This document shows positions 8,893 through 18,166 of a DNA stretch of 64,000 nucleotides, one piece after another; position 1 is the stretch's first letter, and every line of letters starts with the position of its first letter. Both the position numbers and the translations under genes were made by a program. Origin of the DNA: Ignavibacteriota bacterium (GTDB lineage: Bacteria > Bacteroidota > Ignavibacteria > Kapaibacteriales > UBA2268); contig JAGQWJ010000007.1 in the NCBI GenBank assembly GCA_020437395.1, forward strand, positions 15,523-79,522, in the 5' to 3' direction. Below the pieces are notes generated by a model. That model saw only the letters and a list, made by a program, of their open reading frames with translations. It had not been told where the DNA came from and searched no databases.

Positions 8893-10047
8893 ATGTTACA
8901 ATCAAGAATAGATAATGGCTCGCTAATAGTTGGAGTTTTGGGTGCTGGGCAACTAGCAAAAATGTTGGCAAATGATGCGTACAGACTAGGACTACGCTTT
9001 GCGACAATCGAAGATAAACCGGGTAGCCCTGCTACTTTTATGACCAAACTAGATTTTTCGGGTTCTGGCAATGACAGAGAAAGATTAGATAATTTTATTA
9101 ATAATGTTGATGTAATAACATTAGAAAATGAATTTATTGATCCTGAGATATTGGAATATATAGAACAACTGAAACCAGTGTATCCATCCTCAAAAACTTT
9201 GAACCTAATTCAAGACAAATATATTCAGAAAAATACATTTCGTGATGCCGGTTTGGAACTACCAAACTATCAGAAAATGGACAATATTGAAGACTGCAAA
9301 GAGTTTGGTGCAAGTTTTGGTTATCCTTTTGTTCTCAAATCAAGAAAATATGGCTATGATGGCTATGGTAACGAAACAGTGGACAGTGAAGAGGAGATTG
9401 AAACTGCTTTCAATAATTTAACAAAGAACAATAAATCTGGACTTTTGGCTGAATCATTTGTCAATTTCACAAAAGAACTTGCTGTTATGGTAGCACGTAG
9501 TAAGAATGGGGAAGTCGTTGTCTATCCTTGTGTAGAAACAATCCAGAGAAACCATATTTGCCATAAAGTAATTGCACCAGCGCAGATAGATGAAAAAATT
9601 GCAGAGAAAGCGAAGCGATATGCAGTTAAGTGTGTTGAGGCGATTAATGGAATTGGTGTTTTTGGAATCGAGCTATTTTTAACTGATGACGGTCAAGTAT
9701 TGGTCAATGAGATAGCGCCTCGTCCTCACAATTCAGGACACTACACGATAGAGGGATGCTATACATCGCAATATGAGAATGCAATAAGAGCTATCACAGG
9801 TCTCCCACTGGGCAATACTGATTTGATTATGGGTGCTGCTTGTATGATCAATCTTTTGGGTGAACGAGATGGAAGTGGTGTACCTCGTAGTCCAGATAAG
9901 ATGTTAGCTAAAAAGGCAAAACTTCATCTTTATAATAAATCAGAGTCAAGAGTTGGTAGAAAAATGGGACATATAACGGCTATTGCGAGTACTACAAAAG
10001 AAGCCGTAAGTATTGCAGAAGATGCAGCAAATAGTTTTAAATGGTAA
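8893..10047 (+). CDS. purK: N5-carboxyaminoimidazole ribonucleotide synthase
   Basis: ATP-grasp fold. VGVLGAGQLAKML at the N-terminus and NEIAPRPHNSGH are typical PurK. Confidence 0.9.
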   Translation: MLQSRIDNGSLIVGVLGAGQLAKMLANDAYRLGLRFATIEDKPGSPATFMTKLDFSGSGNDRERLDNFINNVDVITLENEFIDPEILEYIEQLKPVYPSSKTLNLIQDKYIQKNTFRDAGLELPNYQKMDNIEDCKEFGASFGYPFVLKSRKYGYDGYGNETVDSEEEIETAFNNLTKNNKSGLLAESFVNFTKELAVMVARSKNGEVVVYPCVETIQRNHICHKVIAPAQIDEKIAEKAKRYAVKCVEAINGIGVFGIELFLTDDGQVLVNEIAPRPHNSGHYTIEGCYTSQYENAIRAITGLPLGNTDLIMGAACMINLLGERDGSGVPRSPDKMLAKKAKLHLYNKSESRVGRKMGHITAIASTTKEAVSIAEDAANSFKW

Positions 10048-11663
10048 AATATTCCAGAAAAATATTATTATTGTTAATAGTTGCAGCGTTTGTAGCATCA
10101 GTCAATTTATTTTCTCAGCCAAGATTTGGTAAGATTATAATAGAGAACGGAAATGTATTTGACTCAACGGAATCAAACGCTCTCTACGTAAAAGATGTGA
10201 TGAATGCCCTACATATTATCACTAAGCCCTACGTAATAGAAGATGAACTTTTGTTTGATAAGGATGATGAGCTTACGGAACAAGTTATATTAGAGACGGA
10301 AAGAAATCTGAGAATGACTGGACTATTTACGGATGTTAGAATCGAGCTAGACTCTACTGGTTTTGACTATTATGATGCATATATTGTTACAAAAGATAGA
10401 TGGTCGTTAACTCCATCAATTCTCTATGGTACTGGAGGAGGTATATCGGAGTATGGAGGTCGTTTATCAGAAAAGAATTTATTAGGTACTGGCAATAGGA
10501 TTGAATTTGAAGGTCTTTACAGAAATGAGAATGATATACGTTGGCAAGGATACACTTCATTAGAAATGCCTAGAGTGTTCCGCTCGGAATTTAGTCTTTT
10601 AGCATCTCTTCAAGCTAATAGATTTCGAACTGACCAAAGAATAAATTTCTTCGACCCATATAGAAACACACAGGACTTATTGTCCTATGGTATGTTGCTG
10701 AATAATTCGTTCGGATCGGATTTTCTCTATTTCAATAATATTGATACAGCTATTTTATTACCATTTCACGAACGGGTAGGTACAGCGTATTTTTCAAGAG
10801 CAATTAACAAAGAGAATCGATTGTTCTTTACTGGCTTAGTCGAATATAATCAAACAGATAGAGGAATAGCACAATCTCGAAGAGCTTTTGATAATAGTGG
10901 TAAAATATTGATTCAATTTAGTTCACTTTCACAAAAATTCACCCCAGTAGAACGAGTTAACTTATTCAGAAAAGAAGACTTAGTCGTTGGCGGATATGGT
11001 AGAGTAGTGTTAGGGAAAATATTTCCAATTGGTTCGGATGGAGATAATCTGCTTTACTTAGGTGGTCAAGGTGAACAGAGCTATTATGATGGGACTAATT
11101 ATTTATTTGGACAACTAACAGCTGGTAGTGCTTTCAAAGGAGCGGTTGCTTCTTATACTTATCAAGAGTTTCTTGGCTTGGGGTTCCACCGATTATCTGA
11201 ATCAATAACCTTAGCTGGTTCTTTTAGACAACAAACAGCATGGAGATGGAGAGCTCTACGACAGTTAATCTTGGATAATGATTTTGGGCTTAGGGGCTAT
11301 GATGCCAATAGGTTCGTAGGGGAGAACCGACTATTAGCTAATGCAGAAGTTAGATATTTTACGGGCTTAGATTTATGGTTATTTGATTTTGAATTAGCTG
11401 GATTCTATGATATTGGTTCTGTTTGGAATCAAACGCAAAAAATAACAGAATCTCAGTTTTACAATTCGGTAGGTATAGGTTTGCGTTTCCATAGCCGAAA
11501 GACATCTGGTGAACATAGCATATTTAGAGTTGATTTTGCTTACAATATGTTCGATGGTAAGTTTGGGGGGATAATATTTACAACTAATCAATTATTTTCA
11601 CCAATCAAAGACCATATATACCAACTTCCTAAATTATTCGGTGTTGAATTTGATGCACAATAG
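10041..11663 (+). CDS. Omp85/BamA-family outer-membrane beta-barrel protein (surface antigen D15 domain)
   Basis: Signal peptide. The C-terminal barrel has LRGYDANRFVGENRLLANAEVRY and FRVDFAY motifs. The ATG overlaps the purK stop. Confidence 0.7.
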   Translation: MVKYSRKILLLLIVAAFVASVNLFSQPRFGKIIIENGNVFDSTESNALYVKDVMNALHIITKPYVIEDELLFDKDDELTEQVILETERNLRMTGLFTDVRIELDSTGFDYYDAYIVTKDRWSLTPSILYGTGGGISEYGGRLSEKNLLGTGNRIEFEGLYRNENDIRWQGYTSLEMPRVFRSEFSLLASLQANRFRTDQRINFFDPYRNTQDLLSYGMLLNNSFGSDFLYFNNIDTAILLPFHERVGTAYFSRAINKENRLFFTGLVEYNQTDRGIAQSRRAFDNSGKILIQFSSLSQKFTPVERVNLFRKEDLVVGGYGRVVLGKIFPIGSDGDNLLYLGGQGEQSYYDGTNYLFGQLTAGSAFKGAVASYTYQEFLGLGFHRLSESITLAGSFRQQTAWRWRALRQLILDNDFGLRGYDANRFVGENRLLANAEVRYFTGLDLWLFDFELAGFYDIGSVWNQTQKITESQFYNSVGIGLRFHSRKTSGEHSIFRVDFAYNMFDGKFGGIIFTTNQLFSPIKDHIYQLPKLFGVEFDAQ

Positions 11664-11666
11664 TAA

Positions 11667-11682
11667 TGTTTCACGTGAAACA
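11667..11682. promoter_or_regulatory. parS (ParB/Spo0J binding site), perfect palindrome TGTTTCACGTGAAACA
   Basis: 16/16 match to the TGTTNCACGTGAAACA consensus, 13 nt upstream of mnmG. Confidence 0.85.
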
Positions 11683-11694
11683 TATTTATAGATT

Positions 11695-13560
11695 ATGAAT
11701 AAAAAATACGATATATTAGTAATAGGGGCTGGTCACGCTGGAATTGAAGCGTCTATTGCTCCAGCAAGAATGGGGCTTAAAGTAGGTTTATTGACTATGA
11801 GCTTTGACAATATGGGTAAACCATCTTGCAACCCTTCTATTGGAGGGACAGCAAAGGGTCATTTGGTCAAAGAGCTTGATGCTTTAGGTGGGGAAATGCC
11901 GTACTTGGCAGATAAGGCAGGAATTTCCTTTAAGATGCTTAATACATCAAAAGGACCTGCAGTGTGGTCTCCTCGTTGTCAAATCGATAAAGATTTATAT
12001 CCTTTGTATGTGACGGAGACTCTTAGAAACATTAGAAACTTATCTTTGATAAAAGCTAAGGCAACAGAAATATTAATAGAAAACGATGCTGTTGCTGGTT
12101 TAAAAACAGAAGACGGCAGTGTGTTAGAATGTAAAGCAATAGTTCTTTGTGCTGGTACATTTCTCAAAGCTGTAATGCACACGGGATTAGTCCAAACTAA
12201 GGGTGGACGAATTGGTGAAGATACTTCTGATAAGATTTCGGATATGCTTAACCATTATGGGTTTGAAAGAGGGAGATTAAAAACGGGTACACCGCCTAGA
12301 GTAGATGCTAGGACAATAGACTATTCTAATTTAACAACTGCAGATATTGATAGAAAGCCAGTGCCATTTTCTCATAGGACTTCTAAAGTGAGGAATGTAA
12401 TGGTATGCCACAACTCAGAGACAAACGAAAAAACCCATAGCATTTTGGAGGAAGGATTCGATCGTTCGCCAATGTTTACTGGCAATATTACTGGTGCGGG
12501 ACCAAGATATTGCCCTTCTATAGAAGACAAGATATTTAGATTTGCTGAAAGGAAAAGCCACAAAATATTGCTTGAACCTGAGGGATTGAATACTAAATCC
12601 GTCTATGTGAATGGCTATTCTACAAGTTTACCTTTGGAAATTCAAACTCGTGCTATGGCAACAATTCCAGGATTAGAAAATGCAAAAATCACAGTTCCAG
12701 GATATGCGGTAGAATATGATTTCTTTTTCCCATATCAACTAAGATTTACGTTAGAGACAAAAGCAGTCAGCGGTTTATATTTTGCTGGTCAGATAAACGG
12801 CACATCTGGTTATGAAGAAGCTGCCGTGCAAGGTTTTATGGCTGGGGTTAATGCGGGATTAAAAATAAAAGGTGAAGAGCCATTAGTGTTAAAGCGTTCA
12901 GAGGCATATATAGGTGTGCTTATTGATGATTTAGTGAATAAAAGTACAAACGAACCATATAGAATATTTACATCTTTAGCTGAGTATAGACTTTTACTAA
13001 GACAAGATAATGCTGAAATTCGCTTAGCAAAATATGGACATAGAATAGGTCTAATTTCTGATAGAAGAATGGAACAGATTAATAAGAAACAAAGAATAGT
13101 AGATGCTGCTTATGAGGAATCTAAAGAATTAAAAGTTTCTCCAAATGAAGTAAATGATTATTTATTGTCAGTACAAGAATCTGAAATACAATTCTCTACA
13201 GATATATATCAATTGACTAAACGTTCTAGAACTAGAATGTCTGGAGTTTTAGATAGTGCTGATAGATTATACAAAAACTTGAAGACCGTAAGTAGATCGG
13301 ATGAATTAACACATAAATTGGAAACAGAAATCAAGTACGAAGGTTATATAAAAAGGCAAATGACGGAAATTGAACATTTCTTGAAGAATGAGAATAGAAT
13401 GATACCAGATGATACAGATTATTATGGTATCAATTCCCTTTCAACTGAAGCCAAAGAAAAACTATCAAAGATTAGACCGGGCTCTTTGGGACAAGCTTCA
13501 CGTATATCAGGAATATCGGCAACAGATGTATCCATTTTAACGTTATATTTGAAGTCATAA
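11695..13560 (+). CDS. mnmG: tRNA uridine 5-carboxymethylaminomethyl modification enzyme MnmG (GidA)
   Basis: 621 aa. FAD-binding [26 protein letters not shown] and [12 protein letters not shown] motifs. Confidence 0.96.
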   Translation: MNKKYDILVIGAGHAGIEASIAPARMGLKVGLLTMSFDNMGKPSCNPSIGGTAKGHLVKELDALGGEMPYLADKAGISFKMLNTSKGPAVWSPRCQIDKDLYPLYVTETLRNIRNLSLIKAKATEILIENDAVAGLKTEDGSVLECKAIVLCAGTFLKAVMHTGLVQTKGGRIGEDTSDKISDMLNHYGFERGRLKTGTPPRVDARTIDYSNLTTADIDRKPVPFSHRTSKVRNVMVCHNSETNEKTHSILEEGFDRSPMFTGNITGAGPRYCPSIEDKIFRFAERKSHKILLEPEGLNTKSVYVNGYSTSLPLEIQTRAMATIPGLENAKITVPGYAVEYDFFFPYQLRFTLETKAVSGLYFAGQINGTSGYEEAAVQGFMAGVNAGLKIKGEEPLVLKRSEAYIGVLIDDLVNKSTNEPYRIFTSLAEYRLLLRQDNAEIRLAKYGHRIGLISDRRMEQINKKQRIVDAAYEESKELKVSPNEVNDYLLSVQESEIQFSTDIYQLTKRSRTRMSGVLDSADRLYKNLKTVSRSDELTHKLETEIKYEGYIKRQMTEIEHFLKNENRMIPDDTDYYGINSLSTEAKEKLSKIRPGSLGQASRISGISATDVSILTLYLKS

Positions 13561-13576
13561 TGTTTCACGTGAAACA
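13561..13576. promoter_or_regulatory. parS, second identical copy TGTTTCACGTGAAACA
   Basis: 16/16 match, immediately after the mnmG stop. The 20-nt context TAATGTTTCACGTGAAACAT is identical to the first copy. Confidence 0.85.
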
Positions 13577-14503
13577 TTGAGGAAACATATCGGCAAGAAA
13601 GTAATCATAACGGGTGCCTCGGGAAAAGTAGCAGAAGCCACTTATGACTTCTTGTGTCGTGAAACTGATTATAATATAGTGTTGCTATCCTCGGGTTCGG
13701 AGTATATAAATAAAAGGAAACAAGATGCCGTATATACTTTTGATATTCGAGAAAAGAAGACATTAGATTTCATACTTGAAGATGAAAAACCAGATGTTGT
13801 TGTCAATGCTGCTGCAATGACTGACGTTGATGGATGCGAAACAAACAAGAAAATGGCAATGGAAATAAATGCTTTTTTACCAGAATCATTGGCCGTTTTC
13901 TCGAACAAATATAATTTTCACCTTATTACATTCTCAACCGATTATATATTCGATGGGAAAAAGGGACCCTATTTAGAAGATGATTTACCAAACCCATTAA
14001 GTTATTATGGAAAATCAAAATTAGCTGGGGAGAATGCTGTACGAATAGAGGCAAGAAAAAATAGTACAATTGTTAGGACAAACGTTGTTTACGGTAATAG
14101 CTCTTATAATAAATCTGATTTTATCAGATGGATTATTAATTCTCTCAGAGAAGAAAAACGTATAAAAATAATAGATGGCCAATGGTGCAATCCCACTTTG
14201 GCAAGTGATATAGCTAAAGGAGTCTTTAAGATTATTGAAAAAAAGAGAAAAGGAATCTATAATTTTTCTGGTAGAGGTTATTATAATAGATATCAAATAG
14301 CTATTTTAATAGCAGAGGTTTTTGGCTTTGACAAAAAACTAATTACAAAAATACCTTCTTCCGAATTGAAGCAAAAAGCTGTTAGACCAGAGAAGGGCGG
14401 ATTAATAAATTTGAAAGCGGAAACATCACTTGGGATGAAATTTTCTGATTTAGAAACAGGTTTAATTAACCTAAAACATCAAATAAGTAAAGAAAGTAAA
14501 TGA
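13577..14503 (+). CDS. RmlD-family (dTDP-4-dehydrorhamnose reductase-like) NAD(P)-dependent sugar-nucleotide reductase
   Basis: ITGASGKV Rossmann motif, STDYIFDG and YGKSKLAGE (YxxxK). TTG start. Confidence 0.75.
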   Translation: MRKHIGKKVIITGASGKVAEATYDFLCRETDYNIVLLSSGSEYINKRKQDAVYTFDIREKKTLDFILEDEKPDVVVNAAAMTDVDGCETNKKMAMEINAFLPESLAVFSNKYNFHLITFSTDYIFDGKKGPYLEDDLPNPLSYYGKSKLAGENAVRIEARKNSTIVRTNVVYGNSSYNKSDFIRWIINSLREEKRIKIIDGQWCNPTLASDIAKGVFKIIEKKRKGIYNFSGRGYYNRYQIAILIAEVFGFDKKLITKIPSSELKQKAVRPEKGGLINLKAETSLGMKFSDLETGLINLKHQISKESK

Positions 14504-15477
14504 AAAATTTGAATAGAACTAAAGTAAAAGAAATTTTCAAAAATTTTGCTGGAAAGAAAATAGCTGTCATAGGTGATATAATGCTTGACAGATACTTTTG
14601 GGGAAGTGTTACCCGTGTTTCACCAGAGGCACCTGTTCCAGTTATTGACTTAGAACATGAATCATTTCATCTAGGTGGAGCTGCAAATGTTGCTTCAAAT
14701 CTTAATTCACTAGGCATAAAATCGGTGCTTTGCGGGATAATTGGTGATGATAATAGTGCCGAAATGTTTGAACAAATTTGTAAAGATAAAGGCATTGATC
14801 CTAGTGGGCTTTATAGAGACAGTAGCCGTCCAACAACTGTTAAGACTAGAATAATTGGTAATAATCAACAGATAGTAAGATTGGATAGGGAAGTTAAAGA
14901 TGTAATTGATTCTGCTGGCGAAAAACATATTCTCTCAACTCTCAAGAATAATAGTGACATTGAGAGTATTATCTTTGGGGACTATGATAAAGGAGCAATT
15001 TCGACAATATTAATAAAAGAAGTATTGAAATATGCAAAAAGTAAAAACATATCCGTTTATGTTGATCCCAAATTCGTTAACTTCTTTACATATATAGGCG
15101 TTACTGCATTTAAGCCAAATAAAAAAGAGGCATCACAAGCTTTGAAAATTGAGATAAAAACTGAAGCTGACGTAAAAAAGGCAGGTGCCATGTTGTTGGA
15201 AAAACTTCAATGCGAAAACGTATTGCTTACATTGGGCGACAAGGGTATGATGCTATTTGAAGAAAGTGGCAATATACATCACATTGATACAAAAGCACGA
15301 TTAGTATCAGACGTTTCAGGGGCAGGCGATACTGTTATTGCTACTTTGGCTGCATGTAAATTAGGTAAAGCTACAATGAAAGAAGCGGCTACTATTGCAA
15401 ATATAGCGGCTGGATATGTATGTGGCGAACCAGGAATTGTTTCTGTAACAAAAGAAGACATTTTATCATATTTATGA
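14500..15477 (+). CDS. rfaE1: D-glycero-beta-D-manno-heptose-7-phosphate kinase (RfaE domain I, PfkB family)
   Basis: GDIMLDRY...PEAPVP...GGAANVA and C-terminal DVSGAGDT motifs. Confidence 0.85.
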   Translation: MKNLNRTKVKEIFKNFAGKKIAVIGDIMLDRYFWGSVTRVSPEAPVPVIDLEHESFHLGGAANVASNLNSLGIKSVLCGIIGDDNSAEMFEQICKDKGIDPSGLYRDSSRPTTVKTRIIGNNQQIVRLDREVKDVIDSAGEKHILSTLKNNSDIESIIFGDYDKGAISTILIKEVLKYAKSKNISVYVDPKFVNFFTYIGVTAFKPNKKEASQALKIEIKTEADVKKAGAMLLEKLQCENVLLTLGDKGMMLFEESGNIHHIDTKARLVSDVSGAGDTVIATLAACKLGKATMKEAATIANIAAGYVCGEPGIVSVTKEDILSYL

Positions 15478-15935
15478 TAGTAGAAAGAAAAAATATTAAA
15501 GAGCTTTCCGAACAGATAAAATCTGAGGGGAAAAGTATAGTTTTCACAAATGGTTGTTTTGACATTTTACATTCGGGTCACGTATTTTACTTACAGAAGG
15601 CGAAACAGCAAGGAGACATACTAATCCTTGGCTTAAATTCCGATGCGTCTGTAAGGCGTTTAAAAGGGGAAAAACGACCTATCAACTCAGAAATTGATAG
15701 AGCGATAGTGATTTCGGAACTTAAAAGTGTAGATTACGTTGTTATCTTCGAAGAGGACACTCCACAAGAAATAATTTCACTAATAGTACCAAATAAATTA
15801 GTGAAGGGTGGAGATTACAAAAAAGAAGACGTAGTTGGAAAAGAAATAGTAGAAGGCAATGGCGGAGAAGTCGTAATTATTCCATTTGTTGATGGGAAGT
15901 CAACGACTAATATTATTAACAGGATAAACGAATAG
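15474..15935 (+). CDS. rfaE2: D-glycero-beta-D-manno-heptose 1-phosphate adenylyltransferase (RfaE domain II)
   Basis: Cytidylyltransferase motif TNGCFDILHSGH. ATG 15474 overlaps the rfaE1 stop (ATGA). Confidence 0.88.
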   Translation: MIVERKNIKELSEQIKSEGKSIVFTNGCFDILHSGHVFYLQKAKQQGDILILGLNSDASVRRLKGEKRPINSEIDRAIVISELKSVDYVVIFEEDTPQEIISLIVPNKLVKGGDYKKEDVVGKEIVEGNGGEVVIIPFVDGKSTTNIINRINE

Positions 15936-15942
15936 GAAAAAA

Positions 15943-17031
15943 ATGAAAAGAATAGCTGTTATATTAGCAGGTGGAACAGGTGGCAGACTCTGGCCAGAAA
16001 GCACAGGCGTCCATCCTAAACAATTCCGTTCTTTTGTTTCTGATTTACCAATGGTGCTAGATACATACAATTTGGTCTGCAAATATTTTAACCCTGCGGA
16101 TGTATATGTAATAACATTCAAAAAGTATAAGAAATTATTAAAATCAGCAATCGAAACGTTGCCAACTGAGAATATATTATTAGAACCATTTGGAAGGAAT
16201 ACGGCTCCTGCTATTGCCTTAGCACAAGCCATGATTAATCATAAATACGATGATGATGATATAATTACCGTATTCCCATCGGATCATATTATTGGCAATC
16301 AGGATGAATATATTAATGCAGTAGCGACCTCAATTGAAACAGCTGAATCGGTCGAAGCTATTGTCTCCATTGGGATAGAGCCAGATTTTCCCAATAGTCA
16401 ACTTGGCTATATTCAGTATGCTGACAATGGCATAGTAGAAAATCTCTATGAAAAGGGCGTAAGAAAAGCAAAAGTGTTTGCTGAGAAACCAGACATAGAT
16501 ACGGCAAAAAGATTTATTGAATCAGGTGATTTCGTTTGGAACACGGGTATATTTTCAACTAAAATGAAATTATTAAAATCTGAGTTAAATGAGCATTTGC
16601 CTATGCTTTCGGGTTTGATAAAGAAAATAGAAGCCAAAATAGGCGCAGAAGATTTCAACGAAAATAGAAGTTATGTCTATAAGCAGATTAATTCTGTTTC
16701 TATAGATCATGGTTTACTAGAAAAGACTGAACGACTGTATATTGTCAAATCAAATTTCGGTTGGAGCGATTTAGCTACTTGGGATGAATATTTTAATCAT
16801 TGTGAAAAGGACAAACATAATAATGTGATTAAAGGTAATGTATTAGCACTAAAAACAAGCAATAGTTTGATAAAATCAACAAGTAAATTGATTGCGGTGA
16901 CTGACGTGGATAATTTGATTGTTGTAGAGTCAGAAGATGCTATATTTATTAGTGGACGCGGTATGTCATCTAATGTTAAGGATTTAGTTCATTATCTAAG
17001 AGCAAAAGAATTAAACAAAATGATAAAATAA
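15943..17031 (+). CDS. Mannose-1-phosphate guanylyltransferase-like sugar nucleotidyltransferase
   Basis: N-terminal ILAGGTGGRLWP nucleotidyltransferase motif. About 360 aa, with no C-terminal isomerase domain. Confidence 0.8.
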   Translation: MKRIAVILAGGTGGRLWPESTGVHPKQFRSFVSDLPMVLDTYNLVCKYFNPADVYVITFKKYKKLLKSAIETLPTENILLEPFGRNTAPAIALAQAMINHKYDDDDIITVFPSDHIIGNQDEYINAVATSIETAESVEAIVSIGIEPDFPNSQLGYIQYADNGIVENLYEKGVRKAKVFAEKPDIDTAKRFIESGDFVWNTGIFSTKMKLLKSELNEHLPMLSGLIKKIEAKIGAEDFNENRSYVYKQINSVSIDHGLLEKTERLYIVKSNFGWSDLATWDEYFNHCEKDKHNNVIKGNVLALKTSNSLIKSTSKLIAVTDVDNLIVVESEDAIFISGRGMSSNVKDLVHYLRAKELNKMIK

Positions 17032-17128
17032 TCCCTATGCCTCTGGTTTGGCAAGCAGAGGATTTCAGGTTTGTCGATACACTCAACGGAATGAAATGGA
17101 GTGCTTGTGCTGAGCTGAAGTGAATACG

Positions 17129-17214
17129 TCTCAAATCCCCCAAACACCCTTTAAAAAGTGGCTTAATCGGGAATAGTCCTCCCTTTTCAAGGGAGGATTT
17201 AGATGGGTTTGAGG
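17129..17214. repeat. GC-rich intergenic palindromic element (repeat family copy A)
   Basis: Outer imperfect inverted repeat CTCAAATCCC / GGGTTTGAG encloses the perfect hairpin TCCTCCC-ttttcaa-GGGAGGA (17177-17197). The core TCTCAAATCCCCCAAACACCCTTTAAAAAGTGGCTTAATCG recurs at 42661-42702 and, inverted, at 59348-59380. Confidence 0.6.
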
Positions 17215-17304
17215 TTGTATAGTTATTCTAAAAGAATTTTATTACCATTGCGAAGACTGAAAGGGTGTGGCAATAACACATAATCTAATAAAAATGCAAA
17301 TAAT

Positions 17305-17712
17305 ATGAAACGAACATTACTAATTATAATAGCTACGATACTCTTTACTTCCTGCTCTTCTGCAGTGAAGTTTACTAGCAGTAGTACGAGTAAATATGAT
17401 GATGATAATTCAGAAGTAGTAACAGTAATGTACGGAAAAGCTTCATACTATGGTTCTGAATTCGATGGAAGAAGTACAGCAAATGGTGAGACTTTTAGCA
17501 ATAAAGAATATACTGCGGCTCACAAATCCTTCCCATTTGGTAGTATTGTTAGAGTAACGAACCTATCGAATAACAACATAGTCATAGTGCGAGTAAATGA
17601 TCGAGGACCTTATGTAACTGGTAGAGTAATCGATTTGTCAAGGATAGCCGCTGAAAAATTGGGGATGATTAGAGATGGTGTTATTGATGTGAAAATAGAG
17701 TTATTAAAATGA
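17305..17712 (+). CDS. rlpA: Septal ring lytic transglycosylase RlpA-family lipoprotein (DPBB domain)
   Basis: Lipobox LFTSC, then [19 protein letters not shown]...VRVNDRGP. Confidence 0.88.
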   Translation: MKRTLLIIIATILFTSCSSAVKFTSSSTSKYDDDNSEVVTVMYGKASYYGSEFDGRSTANGETFSNKEYTAAHKSFPFGSIVRVTNLSNNNIVIVRVNDRGPYVTGRVIDLSRIAAEKLGMIRDGVIDVKIELLK

Positions 17713-18119
17713 TAAAAATAATAGCATTGACATTGCTACTACTAACTACAGCTAGTGGCCAATATAAATTAACTGTTAAAGTAGAGAATGTAGATCCTGG
17801 TAATGGCACTTTGTATCTTGCATTCTTTGATAATAAGAATGACTTTCTTGACCACGATAATACTACTTTTTTCAAGGCAGTGAAAGCCGATTCAAAAAAT
17901 GTTAGTGTTACCATTCCCAATGTTAAGAAGGGCTGGTGGGCTATGGCAGTCTTACAAGACGAGAATGGCAACAAAAAAATGGACTATAATTTTTTTGGTG
18001 CTCCAAAAGAAAAATTTGGTTTCTCAAACAACCCTACAATATTTATGGCGGAGCCGTCTTTTGATGAATGCAAGTTCTATTTGAAAAGTGACACTACAAT
18101 CACTATAGATATAGATTAG
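17709..18119 (+). CDS. DUF2141-family secreted protein
   Basis: Signal peptide. The [18 protein letters not shown] motif is typical of DUF2141. The start overlaps the rlpA stop. Confidence 0.75.
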   Translation: MIKIIALTLLLLTTASGQYKLTVKVENVDPGNGTLYLAFFDNKNDFLDHDNTTFFKAVKADSKNVSVTIPNVKKGWWAMAVLQDENGNKKMDYNFFGAPKEKFGFSNNPTIFMAEPSFDECKFYLKSDTTITIDID

Positions 18120-18124
18120 ATAAA

Positions 18125-18148
18125 AATCCCTCATTTTTCAGAGGGATT
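18125..18148. terminator. Bidirectional hairpin terminator between convergent genes
   Basis: AATCCCTC-atttttca-GAGGGATT flanked by A/T runs. Confidence 0.7.
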
Positions 18149-18166
18149 AATTGTATTAATTTAGGA

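Noticed and set aside
11666-11683. The 18-bp perfect palindromes flanking mnmG read as intrinsic terminators.
   Set aside because: A perfect palindrome leaves no loop, and neither copy is followed by a T-run. The first copy lies upstream of mnmG, not after a gene end on that strand. The exact 16/16 parS match is the better explanation.
15420-15473. An N-terminal extension of the adenylyltransferase ORF (MWRTRNCFCNKRRHFIIF).
   Set aside because: It lies entirely inside the 3' end of the kinase gene in another frame. ATG 15474 gives the canonical N-terminus and an ATGA coupling overlap.
17032-17304. A c-di-AMP (ydaO-type) or other riboswitch controlling rlpA, suggested by the GCTTAATC string and the cell-wall gene context.
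   Set aside because: The hallmark conserved ydaO segments are not recognisable. The same core sequence recurs downstream of tRNA-Pro and inverted upstream of an OMP gene, which fits a dispersed repeat better than a gene-specific riboswitch.
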